A stretch of 64,000 bases of DNA from Bacillota bacterium (GCA_023622385.1 JAMNZI010000063.1:1887-65886), one strand, 5' to 3'. Positions 21,197 to 32,737 are shown, counted from the first letter of the stretch. The notes: generated from the sequence alone by a model not told the origin. A program made the numbers and translations.

Positions 21197-24100
21197 TTAA
21201 AAAAACGAAATTTGACTTGTCTCGGGCAGGTCATTAAGACAGCCGTAATTTTTTAATATCTCAACGACCGCCTTGGAAACCTTGGCCCTTTCTCGGAAAT
21301 CCTCTACCGATACGAATTTGCCCGCTTTTCTGGCCTCGGCAATGCTGGTTGCAGCGCTTGTCCCAACTCCCGGCAGGGCATTGAAGGGCATCCTTATGCC
21401 CTCTTGCGTCACCAAGAACTTTACGGCATCCGACTTATACAGGTCAACGGGCAGCAGCTTTATTCCCCTGGCATACATCTCCAGCGCCACCTCCAGCACC
21501 GATAAGGAGTTTTTCTCCTTTACGCTCAGGGCATTGCCTTTCGAGTCCATTTCCTTTATCTTGTACGCAATGGCCTCTTTCCCCTTTAAGATGGTATCGA
21601 CGTCGAAGTCATCGGCCCTGACGGTAAAATATGTGGCATAAAAGGCCTCAGGATAATACACCTTGAAATAAGCAATCCTGAATGCCATGATCACATAGGC
21701 CACCGCGTGCGCCTTAGGGAACATATATTTTATCTTCTTGCACGATTCGATATACCATTCGGGCACGTTGTTCTCCCTCATCTTTTGTTCCTGCTCTGGG
21801 GTCAAACCCTTTCCTTTGCGCACGTTCTCCATTATCTTAAACGACAATAGGGGATCAACGCCTTTATATATGAGATAGGTCATAATGTCATCCCTAGCTG
21901 AGATGACCTCCGAAAGCTGGGCAATTCCATTTCTTATCAAATCCTGCGCATTGTTGAGCCACACGTCGGTACCGTGGGAGAGCCCGCTTATTCTCACCAG
22001 CTCCGAAAAGGTCTTAGGCCTGGTTTCGGTAAGCATCTGCCTGACGAATCGCGTGCCGAATTCGGGTATACCGAAGGTGCCCACTTCGCAGTTTATATCT
22101 TCCGGCGACAGCCCCAGGGGCTCTGTACTGGAGAATATCCCCATGGTCCTCTCATCGCCAATGGGAATGGTTTTGGCGTTTATGCCGGTTATATCTTCGA
22201 GCATGCGTATGACGGTTGGGTCATCGTGTCCCAGTATATCCAGCTTGACCAGCCTACTGCTTATGGAATGGTAATCAAAATGGGTGGTGATTACTCCTGA
22301 TTCCCTGTCATCGGCCGGATACTGCAGCGGCGTGAACTGATGGACATCGTACTTATGGGGCACCACCATAACTCCTCCCGGATGCTGGCCGGTGGTGCGC
22401 TTGATTCCGGTACATCCCTTAACAAGGCGCTTGATCTCCGCGCTTCGCGCCACCTTATTGTGTTCCTCAAGGTATTTCTTGACGAACCCAAAGGCCGTCT
22501 TTTCAGCTACAGTTGCGATGGTGCCCGCCCTAAACACATTCCCACGTCCAAATAGCTCTTCAGTGTACTTGTGCGCCGTAGACTGGTACTCGCCTGAAAA
22601 GTTGAGGTCGATATCGGGCACCTTATCGCCGTTGAAGCCCAAAAACACCTCGAAGGGAATGTCAAAGCCGTCTTTTCTGTAGGGCGTACCGCATACCGGG
22701 CAATTTTTGTCAGGCAGGTCAACGCCGCACCCGTATTTGGATGTGTCCACGTCAAAATCGGAATGCTTGCAGGACGGACACACGTAATGTGGCGGCAGGG
22801 GATTTACCTCTGTAATGCCGGTCATGGTAGCGACAAATGAGGACCCCACCGAACCACGGGAACCCACCAGATAGCCATCCTCCAGCGATTTTTTAACTAG
22901 CTTGTGCGCAATCCAGTACAGCACCGCATAGCCATTGCTTATTATGGCGTTTAGCTCCTTGTTTAGGCGTTGCTCCACGATGGGAGGGAGGGGATCGCCG
23001 TATATGGCTTTGGCATTGCTTATAGCCATGTTCCGAACATTTTCTTCAGCCCCGGGAATCTCTGGCGTGTACAGCTCATCGGGTATGGGTTTTATACTTT
23101 CTATGCCATCGGCAATCGCCCTGGGCGCGTATATCACTACTTCCTTTGCCTTGTCCTCTCCAAGGTATTCGAATTCCTTAAGCATTTCATCGGTAGTCTT
23201 AAAGTACAGCGGTGCCTGCTGCTCAGCATCCTCATAGCCCTGACAGCTCATGAGTATACGCCTGTAGTATTCATCGTGTGGGTCGAGAAAGTGCACATCG
23301 CCTGTCGCCACTACGGGCTTGTTGAGCTTTTCCCCTAGCTGTACTATCTTTCTATTGATCTCCTTTAAGGCATCGGAATCCTTCACCCTTCCCTCGCGGA
23401 CTAAATGCTCGTTGTTACCCAGCGGCTGTATCTCAAGATAATCATAAAAAAGCGCTATATCCCTGAGCTCCTCATCAGATGCGCCCTTCAATATTGCCTG
23501 ATAGAGCTCGCCGGCTTCGCATCCCGAGCCCACTATCAGCCCCTCGCGATGGCTGGCCAGCAGGCTCTTTGGAATGCGCGGTTTGCGATAGAAATAATCC
23601 AGATGCGATTTGGTGATAAGCCTGTAGAGATTTATCAGCCCATCCTGCGTCTGGGCCAGTATGACGGCGTGGTAGTTTTCGAGGCTGTTTAAGTTGCGGG
23701 TATGGCTAAACAGGGTATTTATCTGGCACAGCTTGTCAGCACCTTTTTCCTCCAGCATGTTCAGCATATGCAGCAATATGTAGGCCGTCGTTTTGGCGTC
23801 GTCCAGCGCCCTGTGGTGTCGCTGTTGCGGCACACTGAGGTATTGCGCAACAACGTCGAGGCTGTGACGCTTGATGTCATTAAATAGCTCCCTCGATAGC
23901 GACAGCGTATCCAAGATGGGATTGCTTATCCTTGCGCCTATGCGCCTGCACTTCTCCTTTATAAACCCGAGGTCAAAGGGGGCGTTATGGGCTACCAGGA
24001 CTGCATCTCCGAAGAATTCAAGCAGCCTTGGCAAAACCTCCTCAATGGTAGGCGCATCCCTTACCATCTCGTCGGTAATACCGGTAAGCTTTACGATATC

Positions 24101-25498
24101 GGGGGGAATGGGCACTCCGGGGTTGACAAAACAGCTAAAAGTATCCACGATCTCCTTGCCTACTATCTTTACAGCCCCAATTTCGGTGATCCCATCCTTC
24201 TTGGGGTTAAGGCCGGTGGTCTCTATGTCCACCACTACAAATGGCTGGTTAAAATCCCCATCGTTGGCCTTTACCACGATGGGCTTACAATCGTTGATGA
24301 GATAAGCCTCCACGCCGTATATGACCTTTATGCCATACTTCTGGCTGGCTTCATAGGCTTCAGGAAATGCCTGTACTACGCCATGGTCAGTGATGGCTAT
24401 GGCAGCATGGCCCCACTGTGCAGCGCGCTGTATCAACGCCGTGGCAGAGGATACCGCGTCCATAGCGCTCATCTGGGTATGCAGATGAAGCTCCACCCTC
24501 TTTTCCGGATAGATATCCTGCCTCTGCCGAGGAGAAACCAGCATAATATCGCTGGCCTGCAATACTTCTTCCCGCTGAAAGGGGTCATAGCGACAATTGC
24601 CTTTCACCCGTATCCAACAGCCACTTTTTATGCTGCTTTCCACATCGGGGACCTTATCCTTAGGGCAGAAGGCCTTTACCGTAATCGAATCGGTATAATC
24701 GGTTACATCTAGGCAGAAGAGCACCTTCTCGCCTTTGAGCTCCCTTTTTTCTAGGTCAAACACCTCACCTTCAATGACTGTTGCCTCAATGCCATCCTGA
24801 ATCTGCGATATGGGCACCGGAAAATCCTTTATGGCCTTGCCCAGGACAACGGTTTGCTCATCTTCCGCTTTGTCCTCCTTACCCTGGTGCCCTGAGGATT
24901 TGGAACGCACCTCATTTATTTGTACCGCTTCCTTGACCAGAAGGGAGTCCTCTTTTTCCCTTTCGATAAAATATTCCTCATTCATCCATTCGGGCTCATC
25001 CCCTACGAGCTGCATGCTCACCTTTACATGCTGGTTAAACGTTTCAAGTATCCACCTACTTATGTACTGGTCTACCTTTTTTATTTTAAACAGTTCTAAG
25101 GCTATGGGATGGTTGATCAAAAGCCTGACGCCATCGGACGATAGTTGAGGGGTACAATGATTCGTCCATCCGTTTAAAGAAGGAAGCTCGCTTTTCATCG
25201 ACTCGACAATGGCTTCCCAAAAATTATAAAAATGGCGTTTCAGCATTTCCATGCCACTGTCGTGATACAATACCTTCAATTTTACCTGTTCCAGCTCTGG
25301 GAGCTTTTCTTGAATGTGCTGTTCCAACAGGCGTATCTTTTCAGGATCCATAAAGGAACGGGCATTTACATATATGTCCCATTTCCTTCGATTCTTGTGT
25401 ACTATAGTCTTTACCAGGCTGAGATTATCCAGCCATGTAGAATACCTATCATCGACTATCTTTGCTAGTGGGAACGCTTTTGCGCTGTCGTTGGCCAT
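21197..25498 (-). CDS. polC: PolC-type DNA polymerase III
   Basis: OB fold; PHP (ELHLHTQMS, ITDHG); embedded exonuclease (VDIETTG, HNAPFD, HRALDD); RGSVGSS; Zn finger; PDIDLNF; C-terminal QISFF clamp motif; normal length, no intein. Confidence 0.98.
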   Translation of the reverse strand: MANDSAKAFPLAKIVDDRYSTWLDNLSLVKTIVHKNRRKWDIYVNARSFMDPEKIRLLEQHIQEKLPELEQVKLKVLYHDSGMEMLKRHFYNFWEAIVESMKSELPSLNGWTNHCTPQLSSDGVRLLINHPIALELFKIKKVDQYISRWILETFNQHVKVSMQLVGDEPEWMNEEYFIEREKEDSLLVKEAVQINEVRSKSSGHQGKEDKAEDEQTVVLGKAIKDFPVPISQIQDGIEATVIEGEVFDLEKRELKGEKVLFCLDVTDYTDSITVKAFCPKDKVPDVESSIKSGCWIRVKGNCRYDPFQREEVLQASDIMLVSPRQRQDIYPEKRVELHLHTQMSAMDAVSSATALIQRAAQWGHAAIAITDHGVVQAFPEAYEASQKYGIKVIYGVEAYLINDCKPIVVKANDGDFNQPFVVVDIETTGLNPKKDGITEIGAVKIVGKEIVDTFSCFVNPGVPIPPDIVKLTGITDEMVRDAPTIEEVLPRLLEFFGDAVLVAHNAPFDLGFIKEKCRRIGARISNPILDTLSLSRELFNDIKRHSLDVVAQYLSVPQQRHHRALDDAKTTAYILLHMLNMLEEKGADKLCQINTLFSHTRNLNSLENYHAVILAQTQDGLINLYRLITKSHLDYFYRKPRIPKSLLASHREGLIVGSGCEAGELYQAILKGASDEELRDIALFYDYLEIQPLGNNEHLVREGRVKDSDALKEINRKIVQLGEKLNKPVVATGDVHFLDPHDEYYRRILMSCQGYEDAEQQAPLYFKTTDEMLKEFEYLGEDKAKEVVIYAPRAIADGIESIKPIPDELYTPEIPGAEENVRNMAISNAKAIYGDPLPPIVEQRLNKELNAIISNGYAVLYWIAHKLVKKSLEDGYLVGSRGSVGSSFVATMTGITEVNPLPPHYVCPSCKHSDFDVDTSKYGCGVDLPDKNCPVCGTPYRKDGFDIPFEVFLGFNGDKVPDIDLNFSGEYQSTAHKYTEELFGRGNVFRAGTIATVAEKTAFGFVKKYLEEHNKVARSAEIKRLVKGCTGIKRTTGQHPGGVMVVPHKYDVHQFTPLQYPADDRESGVITTHFDYHSISSRLVKLDILGHDDPTVIRMLEDITGINAKTIPIGDERTMGIFSSTEPLGLSPEDINCEVGTFGIPEFGTRFVRQMLTETRPKTFSELVRISGLSHGTDVWLNNAQDLIRNGIAQLSEVISARDDIMTYLIYKGVDPLLSFKIMENVRKGKGLTPEQEQKMRENNVPEWYIESCKKIKYMFPKAHAVAYVIMAFRIAYFKVYYPEAFYATYFTVRADDFDVDTILKGKEAIAYKIKEMDSKGNALSVKEKNSLSVLEVALEMYARGIKLLPVDLYKSDAVKFLVTQEGIRMPFNALPGVGTSAATSIAEARKAGKFVSVEDFRERAKVSKAVVEILKNYGCLNDLPETSQISFF

Positions 25499-25543
25499 AT
25501 GATTCCCCCCTTAAAGCGCCCCTTATTTTCTATTTAGGAGCAG

Positions 25544-26176
25544 CTACACCCTAAGCTGCTTTGCAATTTCCCAGTACATTTTAAGCCTCTCTGCCATACC
25601 GCGCACCACACCCATCTTTTCCTCCTTCATGGCATGAGTTACGCCGTACAGCGGAACCTCTATGACTTTCAAATCCCACTTTCGTACACAGCGCGTCAGT
25701 GCCATCTCTATACCGTAACCTGTGTTCCACACATCATCGCTTAACATGTCCAGCACCCATCTCTTAACAGCCCGCTGTCCTGTCAAAAAGGGCGTCAACC
25801 TCTGGGCAAGGTCGGTCATGCTCCTTCCTGAACAGAACACTCCGAGAACCATATCTGCAGCCCCATGATATACCGGTAAAAGAAGCGCCCGTACATGATG
25901 GGGCTCCAACCCTACCAGATCAGCATCCAAAAACAGCACTATGGAAGCCCAGGCGTTATCCAGCCCTACTTTCATGGCATATCCCTTACCCATATTTTGG
26001 GGCAGCTGAATCACCCTCACGCCATCAAAGCCATATGCTATCTCTGCCGTCCTATCGGTAGAACCATCGCTTACCACCACTATGTCGTCAATCTCTTCTA
26101 CCCTTTTGACAGCGGCCAATACCTGGCCTATATGCTTTTCCTCGTTATATGCCGGTATAATAGCCGATACGCTCAT
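25544..26176 (-). CDS. Family 2 glycosyltransferase
   Basis: IIPAYNE, VVSDGSTD, GKGYAM, FLDADL (DxD), LTGQRA; no TM segment; ATGA overlap with ispG. Confidence 0.88.
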   Translation of the reverse strand: MSVSAIIPAYNEEKHIGQVLAAVKRVEEIDDIVVVSDGSTDRTAEIAYGFDGVRVIQLPQNMGKGYAMKVGLDNAWASIVLFLDADLVGLEPHHVRALLLPVYHGAADMVLGVFCSGRSMTDLAQRLTPFLTGQRAVKRWVLDMLSDDVWNTGYGIEMALTRCVRKWDLKVIEVPLYGVTHAMKEEKMGVVRGMAERLKMYWEIAKQLRV

Positions 26177-27246
26177 GGAGCGCTGTTCCCCTTCTTATCT
26201 ATAATGTTGCGGATTTCAGATATCAGCACCTCCAGAGCCTTGTCCTCTGGTATGGTGCTTACCACCTCGCCTTTTTTGAATAAGACCACCTTTCCCTTGC
26301 CTCCAGCAATCCCTATATCGGCTTCCCGCGCTTCTCCCGGGCCGTTAACCACGCAGCCCATCACAGCTACTTTAAGCGGATAATCGATTCCTTTGAGCTC
26401 TTCCTGCAGCTTCTGAGTCAGGCCCATCAAATCGATATTGCACCGCCCGCAGGTAGGGCACGATATTATCTCGATGCCGTATGGCCTAAGCCCAAGGGCT
26501 TTGAGCATCTCTCTTCCTACCCTTACCTCTTCAACCGGCGAAGCCGTTAGCGAGACCCTCAAGGTATCCCCGATGCCTTCGGCCAGCAAGGTGCCAATGC
26601 CGATAGCCGACTTTATGGTTCCAGAAAAAGCGGTCCCCGCCTCTGTAACTCCGAGGTGTAGAGGATAATCCACTCGCTCGCTCATCAGGCGATAAGCCTC
26701 TATGGTCTTCATGACGCTGGAGGCCTTGAGGGAAATGACGATATTCCCGTATCCTAGCTTTTCCAGTATGGCCACATGTTCCAGAGCGCTTTCCACCATG
26801 GCTTGCGGCGTATTGCCGTATTTATATAATATTTCCTTCTTCAAGGAACCGGAGTTTACGCCAATCCGTATGGGTATGCCCCTCTCCTTGGCGGCCGAAA
26901 CCACTTTCTGCACCTCGCTATAACCGCCTATGTTGCCCGGGTTGATCCTTAGTTTATCAACGCCTTTTTCTATGGCAGCAAGGGCCAAGCGGTAATCAAA
27001 GTGTATGTCGGCAACCAGAGGAATGTCGGTGACCTTTTTGATCTCCTGGATGGTATTGGCACACGCTTCATCAAACACGGCCAGCCTCACTATGTCGCAC
27101 CCGGCCGCTTCCAGCTCAAGCACCTGCTTTATGGTGGCCTCCACATTCCTGGTATCGGTGTTGGTCATGGACTGCACCGAAATGGGGGCATCCCCTCCTA
27201 CCTCAATCCTTCCCACCTTCACTTTTCTGCTCTTGCGCCTTTCCAT
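26173..27246 (-). CDS. ispG: HMBPP synthase (MEP pathway)
   Basis: PISVQSMTNT, LVADIHF, RINPGN, RIGVNSGSL, PLHLGVTEAG, SCPTCGRC, AVMGCVVNGPGE. Confidence 0.98.
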   Translation of the reverse strand: MERRKSRKVKVGRIEVGGDAPISVQSMTNTDTRNVEATIKQVLELEAAGCDIVRLAVFDEACANTIQEIKKVTDIPLVADIHFDYRLALAAIEKGVDKLRINPGNIGGYSEVQKVVSAAKERGIPIRIGVNSGSLKKEILYKYGNTPQAMVESALEHVAILEKLGYGNIVISLKASSVMKTIEAYRLMSERVDYPLHLGVTEAGTAFSGTIKSAIGIGTLLAEGIGDTLRVSLTASPVEEVRVGREMLKALGLRPYGIEIISCPTCGRCNIDLMGLTQKLQEELKGIDYPLKVAVMGCVVNGPGEAREADIGIAGGKGKVVLFKKGEVVSTIPEDKALEVLISEIRNIIDKKGNSAP

Positions 27247-27282
27247 ACTCTTTCACCGCCAAAACGATAGTTGTATACTTCC

Positions 27283-28308
27283 CTACCTCATGATGTCCTG
27301 GTATGTCACCAATACCATGAGGAGTATGAGCACTACAAATCCTATGAAGTGAATAAACCCTTCTTTCTCGGGCTCAAGGGGTTTGCCCCTTACCCCTTCA
27401 ACCAAAAGCAGGGCAAGTCGTCCTCCGTCCAGCGCAGGAAAGGGAATCAGGTTTATAATCCCCAGGTTCAAGGATATGATTACCGCCAGGCTCAAAAGCT
27501 GCTGCATCCCCGCTTGAACAGCCTTGCCTATCTCGCCTACAATGCCTACAGGCCCCATGACCTCATTTAGCCCCTGACCTTTAAATATTAAGCCTCTCAG
27601 CATATCTACCATCATAATCATTATTCTCCCTGCTTGATTAAAAGCCAATCCTATGGCCGGCATCAGGCCATAGCGCCTAATTCGCCCAAAAACTATTCCT
27701 ATCACATAGGAATTGCTCTCTTGGTTGTACTCTGGTACCAGCTTTACGTTTATATTTTTCCCATCTCTGCGCACGACTATTTCTAGCTCATTGCCACCTT
27801 TTTGCTTTATGGCGTTGCGGATGGCTTCAACGGCTTTCTGGGCCTCCATGTTCTCCACCGATACGCCATCCACCTGTATGATGCTGTCGCCCGGTACGAG
27901 TCCAGCCCTGTCGGCCGGGCTGTTTTCTACCACTTCCAAGATCTCGGGCACAACCTCGTATATCCCATAGCTCATATAAAACACTGCAAGAAGCACCACT
28001 GCCAGCAGTATATTCATGGCGGGCCCTGAGACTAGGACCACCATACGCCTCCACAGGCTGGCATTGCTTAAGGCCCGCGGATCATCCGACTTCTCATCTT
28101 CGCCCAAGAATTTCACGTATCCACCCATTGGCAGGGCCCGTACCGAAAATTGCGTGCCTTTTCTGGAAAAACCAAACAGTTTAGGGCCCATTCCAATGGA
28201 AAATTCCTCGGCGTGTATACCCACTAGCCGTCCGGCCAAAAAATGGCCCAGCTCGTGGACCATAATAAGAACACCAAAGAAAATCAGGGCAATCAGTAAC
28301 GTTAACAT
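27283..28308 (-). CDS. rseP: RIP metalloprotease RseP (M50, PDZ)
   Basis: HELGH, FSIGMGP, GPAMN, PDZ domain, NLIPFPALDGG. Confidence 0.96.
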   Translation of the reverse strand: MLTLLIALIFFGVLIMVHELGHFLAGRLVGIHAEEFSIGMGPKLFGFSRKGTQFSVRALPMGGYVKFLGEDEKSDDPRALSNASLWRRMVVLVSGPAMNILLAVVLLAVFYMSYGIYEVVPEILEVVENSPADRAGLVPGDSIIQVDGVSVENMEAQKAVEAIRNAIKQKGGNELEIVVRRDGKNINVKLVPEYNQESNSYVIGIVFGRIRRYGLMPAIGLAFNQAGRIMIMMVDMLRGLIFKGQGLNEVMGPVGIVGEIGKAVQAGMQQLLSLAVIISLNLGIINLIPFPALDGGRLALLLVEGVRGKPLEPEKEGFIHFIGFVVLILLMVLVTYQDIMR

Positions 28309-28326
28309 ACTCCACCTACCTCTTTT

Positions 28327-29466
28327 TCACATCAATTGTCTGCGCACGCTGTGATCCACCCTCAGGATGGTATTGAGGTCAGGGTTTTGGATGGCCTTAT
28401 GGGACTTCATAGCCTGCTCTATCATTACAGGAATTTCTATGAAGGAAATTTCCCCTTTCAAGAATTTTTCTACCGCCACCTCGTCAGCAGCGTTTAGCAC
28501 TGCAGGCATAGTACCCCCTATCTCCAATGCCTTATAGGCCAATGCGAGGCACGGAAACTTGTCAAAATCAGGCCTTTCAAAGGTAATGGACTCCATAGCA
28601 GTAAGATCAAGGCTTTCAATGCCAGATTTGATGCGCTCAGGCCAGGATAAGGCATACAGTATGGGTATCCGCATATCAGCTTTGGCCATATGGGCTATTA
28701 TGCTGCCATCAATATATTCCACCATCGAATGTACAATGCTCTGAGGATGGATGAGCACCTGAATCTGCCCTATGGACAGGCCAAACAGCCAATGAGCCTC
28801 TATTACCTCAAGCCCCTTGTTCATCAAAGTGGCACTGTCTATGGTCACCTTTTTACCCATCCTCCAATTAGGATGATTTAATGCCTCCTCGACTGTAACA
28901 TGCCGCATCTCATCCTTTGTATAATTTCTAAACGGCCCTCCCGAGGCCGTAAGGTATATCCTGTTTATCTTAGACGGGTCATCACAACCGGCCAAACATT
29001 GAAATATTGCTGAATGCTCGCTATCCACCGGTATGACTTTACCTCCCGATCTTCGAGCAGCTTCCATCACCAGATGGCCCCCGGCCACCAGCGATTCCTT
29101 GTTGGCCAGCGCAACGTTTTTACCGGCTTCCAGAGCTGCTATAGTGGGCTCAAGCCCTGCAATTCCCACCACCGCCACCAGCACCAAATCAATCTCCGGC
29201 AGCGTGGCCAGTTTAACCAGACAATCCTTGCCCGATATGAGCTCAACGTCGGTCAAACCGTAATTTTTAAACTCCTCAGCGCTTTGGGCATCCACCACCC
29301 CAACATAAGCGGGGCGAAAGGCTTCGACCTGTTGCGCCAGCAGCCCGATATTTCGGTTGGTGGTCAAAGCAACGACTTGGAACTTATCGGCATGCTGATG
29401 TATTACATCTAGAGTTTGCCGACCTATAGAGCCGGTTGACCCCAGTATTGCTATCCTCTTTTTCAT
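28327..29466 (-). CDS. dxr: 1-deoxy-D-xylulose-5-phosphate reductoisomerase
   Basis: ILGSTGSIG, LANKESL, PVDSEHSA, TASGGPF, HPNWRMGKKVTIDSAT, NKGLEVIEA; ATG 29466 with SD GGAGG. Confidence 0.98.
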   Translation of the reverse strand: MKKRIAILGSTGSIGRQTLDVIHQHADKFQVVALTTNRNIGLLAQQVEAFRPAYVGVVDAQSAEEFKNYGLTDVELISGKDCLVKLATLPEIDLVLVAVVGIAGLEPTIAALEAGKNVALANKESLVAGGHLVMEAARRSGGKVIPVDSEHSAIFQCLAGCDDPSKINRIYLTASGGPFRNYTKDEMRHVTVEEALNHPNWRMGKKVTIDSATLMNKGLEVIEAHWLFGLSIGQIQVLIHPQSIVHSMVEYIDGSIIAHMAKADMRIPILYALSWPERIKSGIESLDLTAMESITFERPDFDKFPCLALAYKALEIGGTMPAVLNAADEVAVEKFLKGEISFIEIPVMIEQAMKSHKAIQNPDLNTILRVDHSVRRQLM

Positions 29467-29541
29467 TATTGACCTCCGCATATCCTCCTCTGTACTTTTA
29501 AGATTTGTCACGAGGGTAGGTATTATGTAAATATGAGCAAT

Positions 29542-30351
29542 TTAGATTAAAAATAGAAGATAATAGGAGTATACAATGGGCACGGCAAATAAAATGCTAT
29601 CAAAGCGGTCCAATATTCCTCCATGCCCCGGCAGAATATGCCCAAAATCCTTTATATTGCAAAATCTCTTGATGCTAGAAGCCGATAGATCTCCCATTTG
29701 CGACGTTATGCCACACAGCAGGCTGATGGCGGCATAATGAACGTACCCTATATCAATCCTATAAAAATGAGTAAAAACCATACCAACCAGGATGCCCGTT
29801 ATCAGGCTCCCCAAGACGCCGCCTACGCTTCCTTCAACGGTCTTTTTGGGGCTGATCCTGGGACACAGCTTGTTTTTACCCAGTCCCAGTCCTGTGAAAT
29901 AAGCAAACGTATCTGTAGCCCATGTAGCAAACAACGTAAATATCAGCAGGTATTTGCCGTATATTTCAACGTTATATAATAAAATCAACGACATAAAAGC
30001 CATGCCTGGGTATATAAATCCGAAAACTGTTAAACAAGCGTCCAACAAACTCCAGCGCTGGGATACCACAGTAAGGAATAAACAAAAAAAAGCAGCCAGC
30101 AAGGCAGACAGCAGAATGGCATGAGAGCAACTCGAATGCAGGGTAATATAGCAAAATAGCCAAAAAATAAACAGATAGCCTACCCATGAAATGGGATTGT
30201 ATCCTCGATGGCGTACAGCGGTGTACAACTCATACATCCCAATCAGCGATATGCCTAAGACCGACAGGTTAAAAAACCAACCTCCTATGTAAAAAGCCAG
30301 TATCAAATATACGATGCCTATTGCTGCGCTCACTATCCTTGATATCAACAT
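29542..30351 (-). CDS. cdsA: Phosphatidate cytidylyltransferase
   Basis: Multi-TM; DTFAYFTG, ISPKKTVEG, GDLSAS, PGHGGILDRFDS. Confidence 0.96.
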   Translation of the reverse strand: MLISRIVSAAIGIVYLILAFYIGGWFFNLSVLGISLIGMYELYTAVRHRGYNPISWVGYLFIFWLFCYITLHSSCSHAILLSALLAAFFCLFLTVVSQRWSLLDACLTVFGFIYPGMAFMSLILLYNVEIYGKYLLIFTLFATWATDTFAYFTGLGLGKNKLCPRISPKKTVEGSVGGVLGSLITGILVGMVFTHFYRIDIGYVHYAAISLLCGITSQMGDLSASSIKRFCNIKDFGHILPGHGGILDRFDSILFAVPIVYSYYLLFLI

Positions 30352-30366
30352 TTTTAATCCGTCCTC

Positions 30367-31143
30367 TCATCCGTTGAGGCCGCCATACCGCCGTTGACGC
30401 CTCTGATACTCCACAATTGCTTCCAGGTAGGCCTTTTTATCAAAGTCTGGCCACAGAACATCGGAATCTGTGAACACCAATTCAGTATATGCGACCTGAT
30501 ACAGCAAAAAATTGCTGAGCCTGAATTCTCCACTGGTTCGAATCAAAAGATCAGGATCAGGAATATTGGCTGTGTACAGATAGTCGCTAAAAAGCCGTTC
30601 GTCAATGTCATCTATTGAAACCTTTTTGTCCAGCACATCCCGGGCTATGGCTTTGACCGCTCGCACGATCTCGGCCCTTCCGCCATAGTTTAAGGCTATA
30701 TTCACGCGCAACCCCGTATTGTTCTTTGTAATCTCTACGGCATTGGCAATTTCCCTCTGAGCAACATCGGGAAATGCCTCTACTTGCCCCAGTACCGATA
30801 TCTTGACGTTGTTTGAATTGAGTTCCCTGATCTCCTTTCTCAAATACTCTACGAGCAATGCCATCAAAGCATCGACTTCGGCTGCAGGCCTCTTCCAGTT
30901 TTCGGTTGAAAAAGCATACAGCGTCAGATACTTTATCCCCAGCTCATTGCTAGTCTTTATTACCTCTCTGAGAGCCTCTACTCCCTGCCTATGGCCAGCT
31001 ACTCGCGGAAGCCCCCTTCTGGTGGCCCATCTGCCATTGCCATCCATGATTATGGCCACATGCTGCGGCAGCGGCTTGCTTTTTACCTGCTCCATCAAAG
31101 CAAACAGATCCACTTCATTGGCATTCCTTTTTCCGGCAAACAT
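30367..31143 (-). CDS. uppS: Undecaprenyl diphosphate synthase
   Basis: [52 protein letters not shown]. Confidence 0.98.
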   Translation of the reverse strand: MFAGKRNANEVDLFALMEQVKSKPLPQHVAIIMDGNGRWATRRGLPRVAGHRQGVEALREVIKTSNELGIKYLTLYAFSTENWKRPAAEVDALMALLVEYLRKEIRELNSNNVKISVLGQVEAFPDVAQREIANAVEITKNNTGLRVNIALNYGGRAEIVRAVKAIARDVLDKKVSIDDIDERLFSDYLYTANIPDPDLLIRTSGEFRLSNFLLYQVAYTELVFTDSDVLWPDFDKKAYLEAIVEYQRRQRRYGGLNG

Positions 31144-31151
31144 CTAGCTTT

Positions 31152-31412
31152 CTATCCTTCCTCCTCGTATGTAGACTTACATGATTCACAATCAAGGGGG
31201 CGGTTTCTAAAAGGGGAAACAACCAACTCAATCTGTCCATCTCCCACGATTCTTTGACGTATGACCCTTTCTTCAAGGTTGCAATCCTGTTTAAGGCCTT
31301 TCGATGCTGGTGGGAGATATCTCACTATCATGGGGGTAGCATAAAGGCCGCTCTTCTCCAGAATATGAAGTGCATCGGCAAGCCTTAAACCCACCAAATC
31401 AGGTACGCCCAT
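31152..31412 (-). CDS. Small stand-alone PASTA-domain-like protein
   Basis: VPDLVGLRLADALHILEKSGL...VIRQ...IELVVS fits the PASTA pattern; SD GGAGGT; ATG directly abuts the frr stop; no signal peptide. Confidence 0.7.
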   Translation of the reverse strand: MGVPDLVGLRLADALHILEKSGLYATPMIVRYLPPASKGLKQDCNLEERVIRQRIVGDGQIELVVSPFRNRPLDCESCKSTYEEEG

Positions 31413-31979
31413 CTATACCTCCATGATCTCCTGTTCCTTCTCTTTGACTACATCGTCGATCTTCTTTACGTATTGATCGGTCAACTTCTGAATCATTTCC
31501 TCTCCGCTCTTTAAATCGTCCTCGCTTATCTCGGCATTTTTCTTCATCTTCTTCAGCTGTTCATTAGCTTCGCGCCTTACCGAACGCACGGCCACTTTGG
31601 CCTCTTCTCCGTACTTTCTAACCAACTTTACTAATTCCTTCCTGCGTTCCTCGGTGAGTTCAGGGAAGACAAGGCGTATAACCTTACCGTCGTTGCTAGG
31701 CGTAACCCCCAAATCCGACTTCAATATCTCCTTTTCCACTGCAGGGATCATCTTGGTATCCCATAGAGATATGACCAGCATTCGGGGCTCAGGTACCGAA
31801 ATGTTTCCGAGCTGATTGAGGGGAGTAGGCACGCCATAATAATCCACCACTATGCGCTCCAGGAGCTTTGGATTGGCTCGCCCTGCCCGTATCCCTATGA
31901 GTTCATTTTTTAATACCTCCACTGATTTGGCCATCTTGGAACCTGCCTGGTCATGAACCTCTTTTACAACGGGATTCAT
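31413..31979 (-). CDS. frr: Ribosome recycling factor
   Basis: [34 protein letters not shown]. Confidence 0.98.
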   Translation of the reverse strand: MNPVVKEVHDQAGSKMAKSVEVLKNELIGIRAGRANPKLLERIVVDYYGVPTPLNQLGNISVPEPRMLVISLWDTKMIPAVEKEILKSDLGVTPSNDGKVIRLVFPELTEERRKELVKLVRKYGEEAKVAVRSVRREANEQLKKMKKNAEISEDDLKSGEEMIQKLTDQYVKKIDDVVKEKEQEIMEV

Positions 31980-31984
31980 ACCAT

Positions 31985-32737
<753 letters not shown>

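Noticed and set aside
2900-21260. Clamp-binding-like motifs in MutL (QQLLPP, QVSFL), MutS (QLSFF) and PolC (QISFF)
   Set aside because: Expected features of these proteins; not novel.
21197-25498. Possible intein or intron in polC
   Set aside because: Length (1433 aa) and motif order are canonical, with no insertion.
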